Virus record (IMG/VR): IMGVR_UViG_3300037420_000418
Location: 1 to 39,998 of that record
Source of the DNA: a virus
Taxonomy: Duplodnaviria; Caudoviricetes
Strand: one strand, 5' to 3'
DNA: 39,998 bases
Notes under the pieces: generated by a model
Database searches by the model: none
The model's input: only the letters and a program-made list of their open reading frames with translations
What the model was told of the DNA's origin: nothing
Shown: piece after piece, positions 27,357 to 33,988 of the stretch
How the letters are laid out: every line of letters starts with the position of its first letter
Position numbering within the stretch: the stretch's first letter is position 1
Translations under genes and position numbers: made by a program

Positions 27357-27531
27357 GTTTGTGTACTACGACAGAAACCTCCGACGTGTTTATATCGGAG
27401 GCTTTCGAATTCATCATGGGTTAGCCGGGGCGATAGGCTTCGGACTTACCTTTGTGTCGATGTGCTATTGCGCCGGGTTAGTCCATGATGATTGGCATGA
27501 CTTCCCTTGGCGTCCTGTCAAAGAAATTTAG
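27328..27531 (+). CDS. small membrane protein
   Basis: RIHHGLAG + TM + HDDWHDFPW; last CDS of + block. Confidence 0.55.
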   Translation: MRNLCGTPSKFVYYDRNLRRVYIGGFRIHHGLAGAIGFGLTFVSMCYCAGLVHDDWHDFPWRPVKEI

Positions 27532-27746
27532 ATTAAAAGAGCCAGGATAGCCCATAGAGGTAGTGCGGCCAGTAAAGACCAGCCGGGGATATCATAGGAT
27601 CGGTTTTTATAAAACCCCTCGCCATCGTATAACCACTTGGTCAGCCCAACAGGGGCCGTCCACGCGGCAACAGCAATGAACCACACCCACACTACAATGA
27701 TTTGTCGGGGGCGACGGACACGTTTATTATTTAAACGATGGATCAT
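27528..27746 (-). CDS. membrane protein
   Basis: two hydrophobic segments; ATGA-coupled to upstream ORF. Confidence 0.55.
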   Translation of the reverse strand: MIHRLNNKRVRRPRQIIVVWVWFIAVAAWTAPVGLTKWLYDGEGFYKNRSYDIPGWSLLAALPLWAILALLI

Positions 27747-27910
27747 GAATACGAAGACCAAATTTCAAATTCACCATCAGGCTCAATGACAGCTTCGTCG
27801 CCATCATCGAACTGAACAAGTACAGTGCCGTCATCTTTGTTCTCGACCCAGGTGGAGACGGGATATTTATTGTTTAGTTCCTGAAGGATGTTCTCTTGTT
27901 TTTTATTCAT
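27743..27910 (-). CDS. hypothetical protein (55 aa)
   Basis: MNKKQENILQELNNKYP...VIEPDGEFEIWSSYS read from the reverse strand. Confidence 0.6.
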   Translation of the reverse strand: MNKKQENILQELNNKYPVSTWVENKDDGTVLVQFDDGDEAVIEPDGEFEIWSSYS

Positions 27911-27943
27911 CGCCTAGACTATTTGCTATAGTATGTAATTCGT

Positions 27944-28014
27944 TGCGGGATAGTGGAGTGGCACCATTTGAGGCCCATAACCTTAAGACCCGAGTTCGAT
28001 TCTCGGTCCCGCCA
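27944..28014 (+). tRNA. tRNA-Met(CAT), initiator-like
   Basis: cloverleaf; anticodon loop CCCATAA; TTCGATT T-loop; U1-C72 mismatch. Confidence 0.85.
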
Positions 28015-28234
28015 TTTTAGTTGTCGAAACTTCTTCCTGCTCATACGTAAAGCCTTCCCAATCTAGGAGGGCTGCTATTTTTAGTAGTTCATGTAGTTCT
28101 TCTGGGCCAAGGGAAATCTCCGAACTCTCCTGGTAATCTTCGAATCGTTTGACCAGCATGTGCTCTGCGTCTGCTTCGACCTCTAGCCTTTCTCCCTGGC
28201 CGGAGTAGTTAATAACTGCCTTGGAAATGTACAT
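27983..28234 (-). CDS. hypothetical protein
   Basis: GGGAG SD; 3' end antisense to tRNA-Met. Confidence 0.6.
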   Translation of the reverse strand: MYISKAVINYSGQGERLEVEADAEHMLVKRFEDYQESSEISLGPEELHELLKIAALLDWEGFTYEQEEVSTTKMAGPRIELGS

Positions 28235-28249
28235 TTTATTTACTCCCTA

Positions 28250-28465
28250 TTAAATATCTTCGTAAGCGAGGCCGAGTAGTTTACGCATACGACTGACGCC
28301 GTCGCGGTCGAACTGAACAAACTTGTCATCAATAGTGACCTGGACGCAGGTACCGTCAGGCCCGCCGGAAAACCGGGTTACATGAGCCTTATCCGTGAGT
28401 CCCGATCCCTGGCTTGGCTTGTCGGCGTGTTCGCGGCCCCAGGCCACACCAATTTCTGTGCTCAT
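28250..28465 (-). CDS. hypothetical protein
   Basis: AAGGA SD; TRFSGG..GTCVQVT. Confidence 0.65.
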   Translation of the reverse strand: MSTEIGVAWGREHADKPSQGSGLTDKAHVTRFSGGPDGTCVQVTIDDKFVQFDRDGVSRMRKLLGLAYEDI

Positions 28466-28483
28466 ATTTTTCCTTAAATTAGT

Positions 28484-28966
28484 TTACTCATAAGAAATCA
28501 CATAGAATCTCTCATCAAAGTACGGTTCGATTACGGGCTTAACTTGCTCCCATGAAAGTTGGCCGTTCCCGCACCCGGGCCGAGGAACGACAACAGTGTG
28601 ATCACTCTCATAAGTGCTGTCAACACTATCAAGAAAGTGAACAAGCTCTTTGGCGCTGCGTTCGATCAGCTTCAGATCGGCTGGCCTCATCCAATGATGC
28701 TTGACCGGGAACGACAGTAGATCGAAGGCTAAGTGGCGGGTCTTACCACCGGGTGCAGCCTCAGTCCATCCTAGTTCATGTACGTGGTTGCCGTAGGTCG
28801 TTAGAAGTTCGCCAAGGGTTAGGTCAATACCTGGGTACCGGACGACAGCCTCCCTGGCGCACCCTCTACCCATGACCGCACGCCCGTTCTTCTTCACGAA
28901 ACCGTTGGTAGTAATACACCTAAGGTCAGCTTTAAAATCCCATAGGTCGCCTTTAACTTCATTCAT
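28484..28966 (-). CDS. macrodomain (Appr-1-p/DarG-Poa1-like) protein
   Basis: KGDLW..TTN..VMGRGCA..FPVKHHW..PRPGCGNGQLSW. Confidence 0.85.
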   Translation of the reverse strand: MNEVKGDLWDFKADLRCITTNGFVKKNGRAVMGRGCAREAVVRYPGIDLTLGELLTTYGNHVHELGWTEAAPGGKTRHLAFDLLSFPVKHHWMRPADLKLIERSAKELVHFLDSVDSTYESDHTVVVPRPGCGNGQLSWEQVKPVIEPYFDERFYVISYE

Positions 28967-29172
28967 GGTTTGACAAACCTGTCTCTTCGATGACTATCTG
29001 GAATTCTCTTACCATGAAGAGTTTCTAGTTCAACATTAACTTGACGGGGGGTGAGATTTAAGGTTCTTAAGACCCTATAGATGGTGTTCTCCGTTAGAAA
29101 TCCGCTCCTACCAGAGTCATTTATACAAAGGGCTAGATCGCCTACTTTGAAGGGATAACCGGGAGCACTCAT
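28963..29172 (-). CDS. small SH3-like hypothetical protein
   Basis: FKVGDLALC...IYRV. Confidence 0.55.
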   Translation of the reverse strand: MSAPGYPFKVGDLALCINDSGRSGFLTENTIYRVLRTLNLTPRQVNVELETLHGKRIPDSHRRDRFVKP

Positions 29173-29438
29173 GATTTAGATTTACTGGTATCAACTAAAA
29201 ATGTGCAACGACTATCTACGTAGCTGATACTGATGGGAATAAATTTTTCTGGTTCTTCAGGATAGAGCGGCACCAGAGTATACTCTCGACAGGAATCATC
29301 ACAATCGTAGATTCTAAAGGTGGCACCTCTGAGGAAGATAGCCTGACCGGTTTCTTCATCTAGGTTGTACTTGTCGTCTGACCAGAACCACATATTTTCT
29401 TCACTTAATTGAATAATACTTCCGATTCGTTCATTCAT
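29169..29438 (-). CDS. small hypothetical protein
   Basis: GAGGA SD; IGSIIQL..GATFRI..LVPL. Confidence 0.6.
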   Translation of the reverse strand: MNERIGSIIQLSEENMWFWSDDKYNLDEETGQAIFLRGATFRIYDCDDSCREYTLVPLYPEEPEKFIPISISYVDSRCTFLVDTSKSKS

Positions 29439-29454
29439 AAGTTTTCCTCAAAAG

Positions 29455-29538
29455 TACGGGCGGTGGGATTCGAACCCACATGGGCTTTCACCAGCAGATT
29501 TTAAGTCTGCCCCCTGCTACCAATTCGGGTACGCCCGC
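29455..29538 (-). tRNA. tRNA-Leu(TAA)
   Basis: GCAGA-CTTAAAA-TCTGC anticodon arm, long variable arm, GGTTCGAATCC. Confidence 0.95.
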
Positions 29539-29545
29539 TCGTACT

Positions 29546-29803
29546 TCACGCTTTAATTAAGTCTCTAATATTACAAAGCACAAGATTCTTACCGTGTTCT
29601 GGTCTAATTCTAAAGACCCCCATGCTTCTGATTTTCTTTTCCATTTTGGGAGTCAGACCAGGAACTCTCACATAAGCAAGTGAACCAGAAGAGTAATTCC
29701 TTCTCACACCTACTACAGTAATAGGATCTAATAACTTAGTGCGGCCAAATGAATCCATCGTTAGTAAATAAATTCCGCCTTCCGAAAAATCTTCGGCGTT
29801 CAT
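29546..29803 (-). CDS. hypothetical protein
   Basis: ORF coupled to upstream gene. Confidence 0.6.
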   Translation of the reverse strand: MNAEDFSEGGIYLLTMDSFGRTKLLDPITVVGVRRNYSSGSLAYVRVPGLTPKMEKKIRSMGVFRIRPEHGKNLVLCNIRDLIKA

Positions 29804-30039
29804 AGTTTCTCCAGTTCCGAGAGGAGGGCGAGAATTGGTGCCTTGTATCGTTGGTTATTTACACCCCCGATGGTGTGAGAGTACATGCGCTCATGGTCGA
29901 GAGAAGTATTTCTATCGACCAGTGTAGTCACCCAAACATGATTAAGATTAGAGTGTCTGCGAATCACCTTGACAGTGACACCTTTATATCTAAAAATTTG
30001 ATTACTAATATCATAAGGTGAATCTCTTAGGTCTGACAT
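29800..30039 (-). CDS. hypothetical protein
   Basis: ATG 5 nt after tRNA 3' end. Confidence 0.55.
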   Translation of the reverse strand: MSDLRDSPYDISNQIFRYKGVTVKVIRRHSNLNHVWVTTLVDRNTSLDHERMYSHTIGGVNNQRYKAPILALLSELEKL

Positions 30040-30044
30040 CTAAA

Positions 30045-30131
30045 TGCCCCCGGTAGGGATCGAACCTACACGCCCGGGGAAGGGCACTGGATTTTGAATC
30101 CAGCGTGTCTACCGTGTTCCACCACAGGGGC
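30045..30131 (-). tRNA. tRNA-Leu(CAA)
   Basis: CTGGA-TTCAAAA-TCCAG anticodon arm; type II cloverleaf. Confidence 0.95.
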
Positions 30132-30139
30132 GCGCAGGT

Positions 30140-30334
30140 TTATTTGAAAATTTTATCTGCTATATTATCCCGAACTTCTAGCGTGGTATCAGCGTCGATA
30201 GTCTCAGACCAACCATCAACCCACGTTACTCGAACTTTTTGACCTAGTGATAAGGCGCTCTTAACAATCCTCCCAGAACGACCACCGTCCTCAACACGAT
30301 CACCCTTGATTAATTCTTTAGCAGTTTTATTCAC
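30140..30334 (-). CDS. small SH3-like hypothetical protein
   Basis: GTG start with AAAGG SD; ELIKGDRV. Confidence 0.55.
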   Translation of the reverse strand: MNKTAKELIKGDRVEDGGRSGRIVKSALSLGQKVRVTWVDGWSETIDADTTLEVRDNIADKIFK

Positions 30335-30401
30335 AGCATTACCTTTCCCACTCTTGTCGTATCTTTTCTGTTAACCACGCGCTCATATAGAGTCCGCTCA
30401 C

Positions 30402-30608
30402 TCATGAAACTTCAAGTTCGCTTAGATCGAGGAAGGCCGCTCGGAGTGCGGTCCTGGCGCTCATAGCTGCATCATCCCCGTCCGGCGTCTTGCCGTCAAC
30501 AGCCGAGTCAAGGATGTTGAGTGCCCGCGCCGCCGCAAAGACAATAGAATTAGTTTTATCTCTATCAAGCAGAATAGGAATAACTTGTTCAATAGTAATG
30601 TTACTCAT
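30402..30608 (-). CDS. hypothetical protein
   Basis: ORF in operon. Confidence 0.6.
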   Translation of the reverse strand: MSNITIEQVIPILLDRDKTNSIVFAAARALNILDSAVDGKTPDGDDAAMSARTALRAAFLDLSELEVS

Positions 30609-30610
30609 AA

Positions 30611-30805
30611 TTATATTTCTTCCAGGTCGTGATCGTGGATTTCTACAACAGTGACACCCTCATGAGGTACGTCAAGCTTCAGCTTTAAGTATCCGTCGTC
30701 ATCGCACTGTGATAGCACGGTTGCAGTAGACCCACGCAGAATCTCAGCTATTGTGTCAGCATAAACCGCGTCGGGTGTGATACGAACTCGCGTGTTAGTT
30801 TCCAT
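30611..30805 (-). CDS. small SH3-like hypothetical protein
   Basis: TRVRI..GSTATV..LKLD..DLEEI; ATG 2 nt after tRNA. Confidence 0.6.
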   Translation of the reverse strand: METNTRVRITPDAVYADTIAEILRGSTATVLSQCDDDGYLKLKLDVPHEGVTVVEIHDHDLEEI

Positions 30806-30807
30806 AG

Positions 30808-30891
30808 TGCCGCCGGAGGGAATCGAACCCCCACTCCGTAAAGGAACATGATCCTAAATCATGCGTGTCTACCTAGTTCCACCACGGCGGC
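30808..30891 (-). tRNA. tRNA-Leu(TAG)
   Basis: CATGA-TTTAGGA-TCATG anticodon arm; type II cloverleaf. Confidence 0.95.
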
Positions 30892-30894
30892 GAG

Positions 30895-31047
30895 ATTTGC
30901 GGGGCGGTATTTGATAGTTGTGCACTATAAATACATTCCATGAATCACTTCCCGCTAAGGAAGATCGCCGCTAAGCGATCAGCGATTCACTTTCTATCCG
31001 CAGGGTTTCCTGCACTTTTTGTTATCCCTGTTTGTCGTCCCGCAAAT
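30895..31047 (-). ncRNA. structured ncRNA unit 1 (153 nt)
   Basis: terminal inverted repeat ATTTGCGGG/CCCGCAAAT; internal multibranch with two UAGC-loop hairpins; strand inferred from flanking tRNAs and internal G-U pairs. Confidence 0.6.
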
Positions 31048-31049
31048 TA

Positions 31050-31203
31050 TTTCTGGCGGCTGGATCTGAGAATCCGACCTCACTTCTCCTACCACTTCAG
31101 ACAGAGGCTACCTCGCTAGAGGTTTAGGGAGCTACCCTTTCGCTTGCCCTTTCGATAAACCGGCCTAAGGGTCGGTCCCGTACCGGCTGTATACCGCCAG
31201 AAA
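31050..31203 (-). ncRNA. structured ncRNA unit 2 (154 nt)
   Basis: perfect 10-bp terminal stem TTTCTGGCGG/CCGCCAGAAA; internal UAGC-loop hairpins. Confidence 0.6.
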
Positions 31204-31211
31204 GATTAAGT

Positions 31212-31343
31212 TGTGGCGCGAGGTAGGCTATACCTATTATTTTACCGTAGTAAATTTTCTACCGACTTTCCTCGCTCTACAAAATGCTAGGGCCGGAGCC
31301 TATCCCGGCGCGACATATGTAGGGGGAAGCGTGTCGTGCCACA
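31212..31343 (-). ncRNA. structured ncRNA unit 3 (132 nt)
   Basis: terminal stem TGTGGCACGA/TCGCGCCACA; C(UACG)G tetraloop hairpin on - strand. Confidence 0.6.
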
Positions 31344-31360
31344 TCTAGTTAACATAAAAG

Positions 31361-31545
31361 TTGTGGCGCGTGTGATACTTGGCTAGCACGTTCTCACAAT
31401 TTAGGTTTCATTTGGCCCAGGCCATCGGGGACGATCCACCCCTCCGCACCCTGCTAGGCGTAGCAGGCCGGGTTGCACCTTTACCGCTCTCCGTAGCGAC
31501 CCCCATTTTATAGGGTGCCGACCCCCACGGTGCGTCGTGCCACAA
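31361..31545 (-). ncRNA. structured ncRNA unit 4 (185 nt)
   Basis: same terminal stem sequence as unit 3, different interior with GC-rich hairpins. Confidence 0.6.
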
Positions 31546-31547
31546 AT

Positions 31548-31562
31548 TATTCAGTTTTCAAG
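31548..31562 (-). promoter_or_regulatory. boxA-like antitermination/processing motif
   Basis: CTTGAAAACTGAATA on - strand, after a small hairpin. Confidence 0.4.
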
Positions 31563-31618
31563 TTACGGACCCCAAAATTTTCGGGGGGAGAAAATTGTTC
31601 TAGCACTATGATCATAGA

Positions 31619-31729
31619 TAGAGAACCAAACCCGCTCTTTTATTGTGCTACTGTTGTCCGTTCGCCAATTTAGGCATCCGATCACTCGTTAGAGTTTTCA
31701 GATTTTATGTTCGCCGATTTGGTTCTCTA
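31619..31729 (-). ncRNA. structured ncRNA unit 5 (111 nt)
   Basis: perfect 12-bp terminal stem TAGAGAACCAAA/TTTGGTTCTCTA. Confidence 0.55.
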
Positions 31730-31730
31730 G

Positions 31731-31852
31731 CGCCGCTCTGGGAATCGAACCCAGATCATATGAAAGAGCTTAGCTCGTTTACACTAGCCGCGCGTATCTA
31801 GGAGGGACGAGCAGCCTATGACACTCTTTCTGATAGCTCAACCTGAGACGGC
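31731..31852 (-). ncRNA. tRNA-like RNA with long rod replacing the anticodon arm (122 nt)
   Basis: T arm CTGGG-TTCGATT-CCCAG; bulged acceptor GCCGTCT/AGCGGC; nested helices ATCA/TGAT, GAAAGAG/CTCTTTC, GCTCGT/ACGAGC, CTAG/CTAG. Confidence 0.7.
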
Positions 31853-31866
31853 ATGAATTTTTAAAT

Positions 31867-31980
31867 AAAAAGTAGAGGGGAGACACCAGTTTACCCCTCT
31901 GTTTTAGGTGCAACCCACGTTTATACTCGGCAGGTGGAGTTAGAGGATCAACGATAGCGCTAACGCATTTTCTACTCTCT
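31867..31980 (-). ncRNA. possible structured ncRNA unit 7 or terminator-containing spacer
   Basis: ends pair (AGAGAGTAGA/TCTACTTTTT with G-U); alternative AGAGGGG/CCCCTCT hairpin followed by T run. Confidence 0.4.
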
Positions 31981-31982
31981 AG

Positions 31983-32056
31983 TGCGGGCAGTAGGATTCG
32001 AACCTACGACCTCCTGCTCCCAAAGCAGGCGCGCTGCCAGACTGCGCTATACCCAC
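31983..32056 (-). tRNA. tRNA-Pro(TGG)
   Basis: CCTGC-TTTGGGA-GCAGG anticodon arm; GGTTCGAATCC. Confidence 0.92.
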
Positions 32057-32064
32057 CAGCCTAG

Positions 32065-32271
32065 TTACCTTAGCTCCTGAATCCCGCCGCTGTCAAGCTC
32101 AGGCGCGTGGAGCGGGCAGCCCTCATTAATCCAGAAGGACGGGTGCTCGTCGGGATCCAGGCCATCTTCGCGCGGCCAAGGAAAACCCTTACCGTGTGCA
32201 TTATCCAACACAGGACAAGTACAGCCTTGCCTGATCGCTTCGTCGCTGCCTGGGTTTGGCGTGTCACTCAT
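32065..32271 (-). CDS. conserved small phage Cys-rich protein
   Basis: PNPGSDEA..GCTCPVLDN..G..CPLH. Confidence 0.7.
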   Translation of the reverse strand: MSDTPNPGSDEAIRQGCTCPVLDNAHGKGFPWPREDGLDPDEHPSFWINEGCPLHAPELDSGGIQELR

Positions 32272-32507
32272 TTGACCAGCTCCATTAGATCGTTAGGTGG
32301 CTCCGACCAATAACCCACAACATACTTAGTTTTGATGATCATATAAAGAGGGAAGTCTGGTGAGAATGTAAGCCTATCGGAGATTGGCACAAGCAGGGAG
32401 CCTTCAGGAACGTCAGCTTCACCTAGTGTAAAACCTTCCTCTTTAGTCGGCTTCCCATTGCGCCCATAGATAGTCCATTTTATATCTCGTTTGGTTCTAT
32501 ACAGCAT
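32268..32507 (-). CDS. hypothetical protein
   Basis: TAATG-coupled start. Confidence 0.55.
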   Translation of the reverse strand: MLYRTKRDIKWTIYGRNGKPTKEEGFTLGEADVPEGSLLVPISDRLTFSPDFPLYMIIKTKYVVGYWSEPPNDLMELVK

Positions 32508-32695
32508 TATTCTTCCGCCCGGAGATACATTCTTGCTACCTGAATAGCCCATTCAGTAGCGGCCAGTTCATGCTTGGTCCATCCCGAATCCCCATTTATA
32601 TGATATTTATCTACTCTTTCACGTAGATGCTTCGCTCTTCTTTCGAGGACTGCGACATAGCCCTCTTCTTTTCTACGCTGGCCTCGTTTTCCCAT
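32507..32695 (-). CDS. hypothetical protein
   Basis: helical basic ORF. Confidence 0.55.
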   Translation of the reverse strand: MGKRGQRRKEEGYVAVLERRAKHLRERVDKYHINGDSGWTKHELAATEWAIQVARMYLRAEE

Positions 32696-32835
32696 GTATG
32701 AATCTCAACCTTCATATACTCACCATTGATTGAACAGTCTAGTTCCTCCGCTAGAAACTGAACTAGTTCTTCTGTTTCAAAATATAGTGGCTCGGCAGTA
32801 TTTACACCGTCGCCTAATAGGACTGTATGTTTCAT
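32611..32835 (-). CDS. hypothetical protein
   Basis: ATGA-coupled; overlaps downstream ORF. Confidence 0.5.
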   Translation of the reverse strand: MKHTVLLGDGVNTAEPLYFETEELVQFLAEELDCSINGEYMKVEIHTWENEASVEKKRAMSQSSKEERSIYVKE

Positions 32836-33041
32836 ACCCTCTTAAGCCTGTAATCGTACAGTATAGTATCTCTTTCATCATCAGGACCCTCCAGAGGAGG
32901 GGTAATCATAATAACTTCAACGAGGGGATAGTCGTTACTGTAAGAGGTTACTTGTTTCACAACTCTACCAATTGACCCAGCCTTGAAACGACCATAATTG
33001 GTTTGAAGCATGACAATTTGACCCGGTTCAAAATTATCCAT
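32832..33041 (-). CDS. small SH3-like hypothetical protein
   Basis: FEPGQIVML..FKAGSIGRVV; AAGGGA SD. Confidence 0.65.
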   Translation of the reverse strand: MDNFEPGQIVMLQTNYGRFKAGSIGRVVKQVTSYSNDYPLVEVIMITPPLEGPDDERDTILYDYRLKRV

Positions 33042-33058
33042 AGTTTCCCTTTTCGAAG

Positions 33059-33131
<73 letters not shown>

Positions 33132-33140
33132 AGGGTTTTC

Positions 33141-33350
33141 CTAGCTCAGTGGTGTAGCGGCAAACGGATCCATGTAGACCGTGTTGCCCGGACGGTTTTT
33201 CCCGTCGATAGATTCAAACCCAATACTTGATTCAGAGTCAACCTTCCAAACCCTCACAAAACTACCGGCTGGGAAGGCAATTTCATTGCGGCGACTGGAC
33301 ATAATATCTACTTTGGTGCGATAGATTTTTCCTACTTTATAATAACTCAT
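33141..33350 (-). CDS. small SH3-like hypothetical protein
   Basis: YKVGKIYR..FPAGSFVRV; GGGAG SD. Confidence 0.6.
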   Translation of the reverse strand: MSYYKVGKIYRTKVDIMSSRRNEIAFPAGSFVRVWKVDSESSIGFESIDGKNRPGNTVYMDPFAATPLS

Positions 33351-33586
33351 AGAAGCTCCCAGTATTCTACTGTTCTACTAAGCCTCGGCGCAGGAATCCA
33401 CTCTTTCCACTCTTCTTCATTAGTATTTTTAGTATTGAGAGGTATGGCGTCAAACGAAGTATCTTGATATAGATGAGCAACTCTATAGCATTTTTCTGCC
33501 TTAAATCTACCTTGTAGGCCGGTATATGATTGGGTCGCTCTAAGAATGGAACCATTTTTAACGAGCTTAATTTCTTCTTCTGTCAT
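33347..33586 (-). CDS. small hypothetical protein
   Basis: GSILRA..FKAEKCYRV..AIPL; ATG 2 nt after tRNA. Confidence 0.6.
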   Translation of the reverse strand: MTEEEIKLVKNGSILRATQSYTGLQGRFKAEKCYRVAHLYQDTSFDAIPLNTKNTNEEEWKEWIPAPRLSRTVEYWELL

Positions 33587-33588
33587 AA

Positions 33589-33746
33589 TGCACGAGGCGG
33601 GGATCGAACCCGCAAGGCCAACGATGGATTCTTCAAATTCCTCCCCGCGAAGGGATGAAATTTTCTAGGCCGGTACCAAACGGTCTGCGAATCCAGGGCC
33701 ACTAGGGTTTGAGCCTAGCGTGTTTACCGGATTTCACCACTCGTGC
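33589..33746 (-). tRNA. tRNA-Leu(CAA) with 88-nt variable region (158 nt total)
   Basis: acceptor GCACGAG/CTCGTGC+A, Leu-type D arm, CTAGG-CTCAAAC-CCTAG, T arm GCGGG-TTCGATC-CCCGC; variable region 33614-33701. Confidence 0.85.
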
Positions 33747-33760
33747 AAGTTTAGTTGATT

Positions 33761-33988
33761 TTACAAAAGATCAACGCCGTTTCTTTTTAGATTCTCGACT
33801 TTGTTGAGTGCATCAACTATTCTTTCTGCTACCTCTGGCGATGCATATGCAACCATACCGCCAGATTCCTCATCGACAATGCCGACAAAGTTTTTCACTG
33901 GCTGGGGTGGAGAATCAAGATAAGTTACTTTGCCATTGAGATAGATTCCGTAAGCATCATTGACCCACCAGCGATCTTTTTCTGCCAT
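33761..33988 (-). CDS. hypothetical protein
   Basis: ORF ending VAERIVDALN, a common phage small-protein pattern. Confidence 0.65.
   Translation of the reverse strand: MAEKDRWWVNDAYGIYLNGKVTYLDSPPQPVKNFVGIVDEESGGMVAYASPEVAERIVDALNKVENLKRNGVDLL

Noticed and set aside
30895-31545. CRISPR array or mini-array
   Set aside because: Repeats are short, inverted within each unit and spaced 130-185 nt apart; no 25-45 nt direct repeats with regular spacers
31606-31617. 12-bp palindrome CTATGATCATAG as operator
   Set aside because: Single copy with no second instance noticed; could be chance
31731-31852. tmRNA gene
   Set aside because: Only 122 nt, no G3-U70 pair, no tag reading frame
33141-33175. 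tRNA-like TAGCTCAGTGG on + strand
   Set aside because: No anticodon or T arm follows; lies within a - strand ORF
33614-33701. Group I/II intron in tRNA-Leu
   Set aside because: Too short, located in the variable arm, no catalytic core motifs seen
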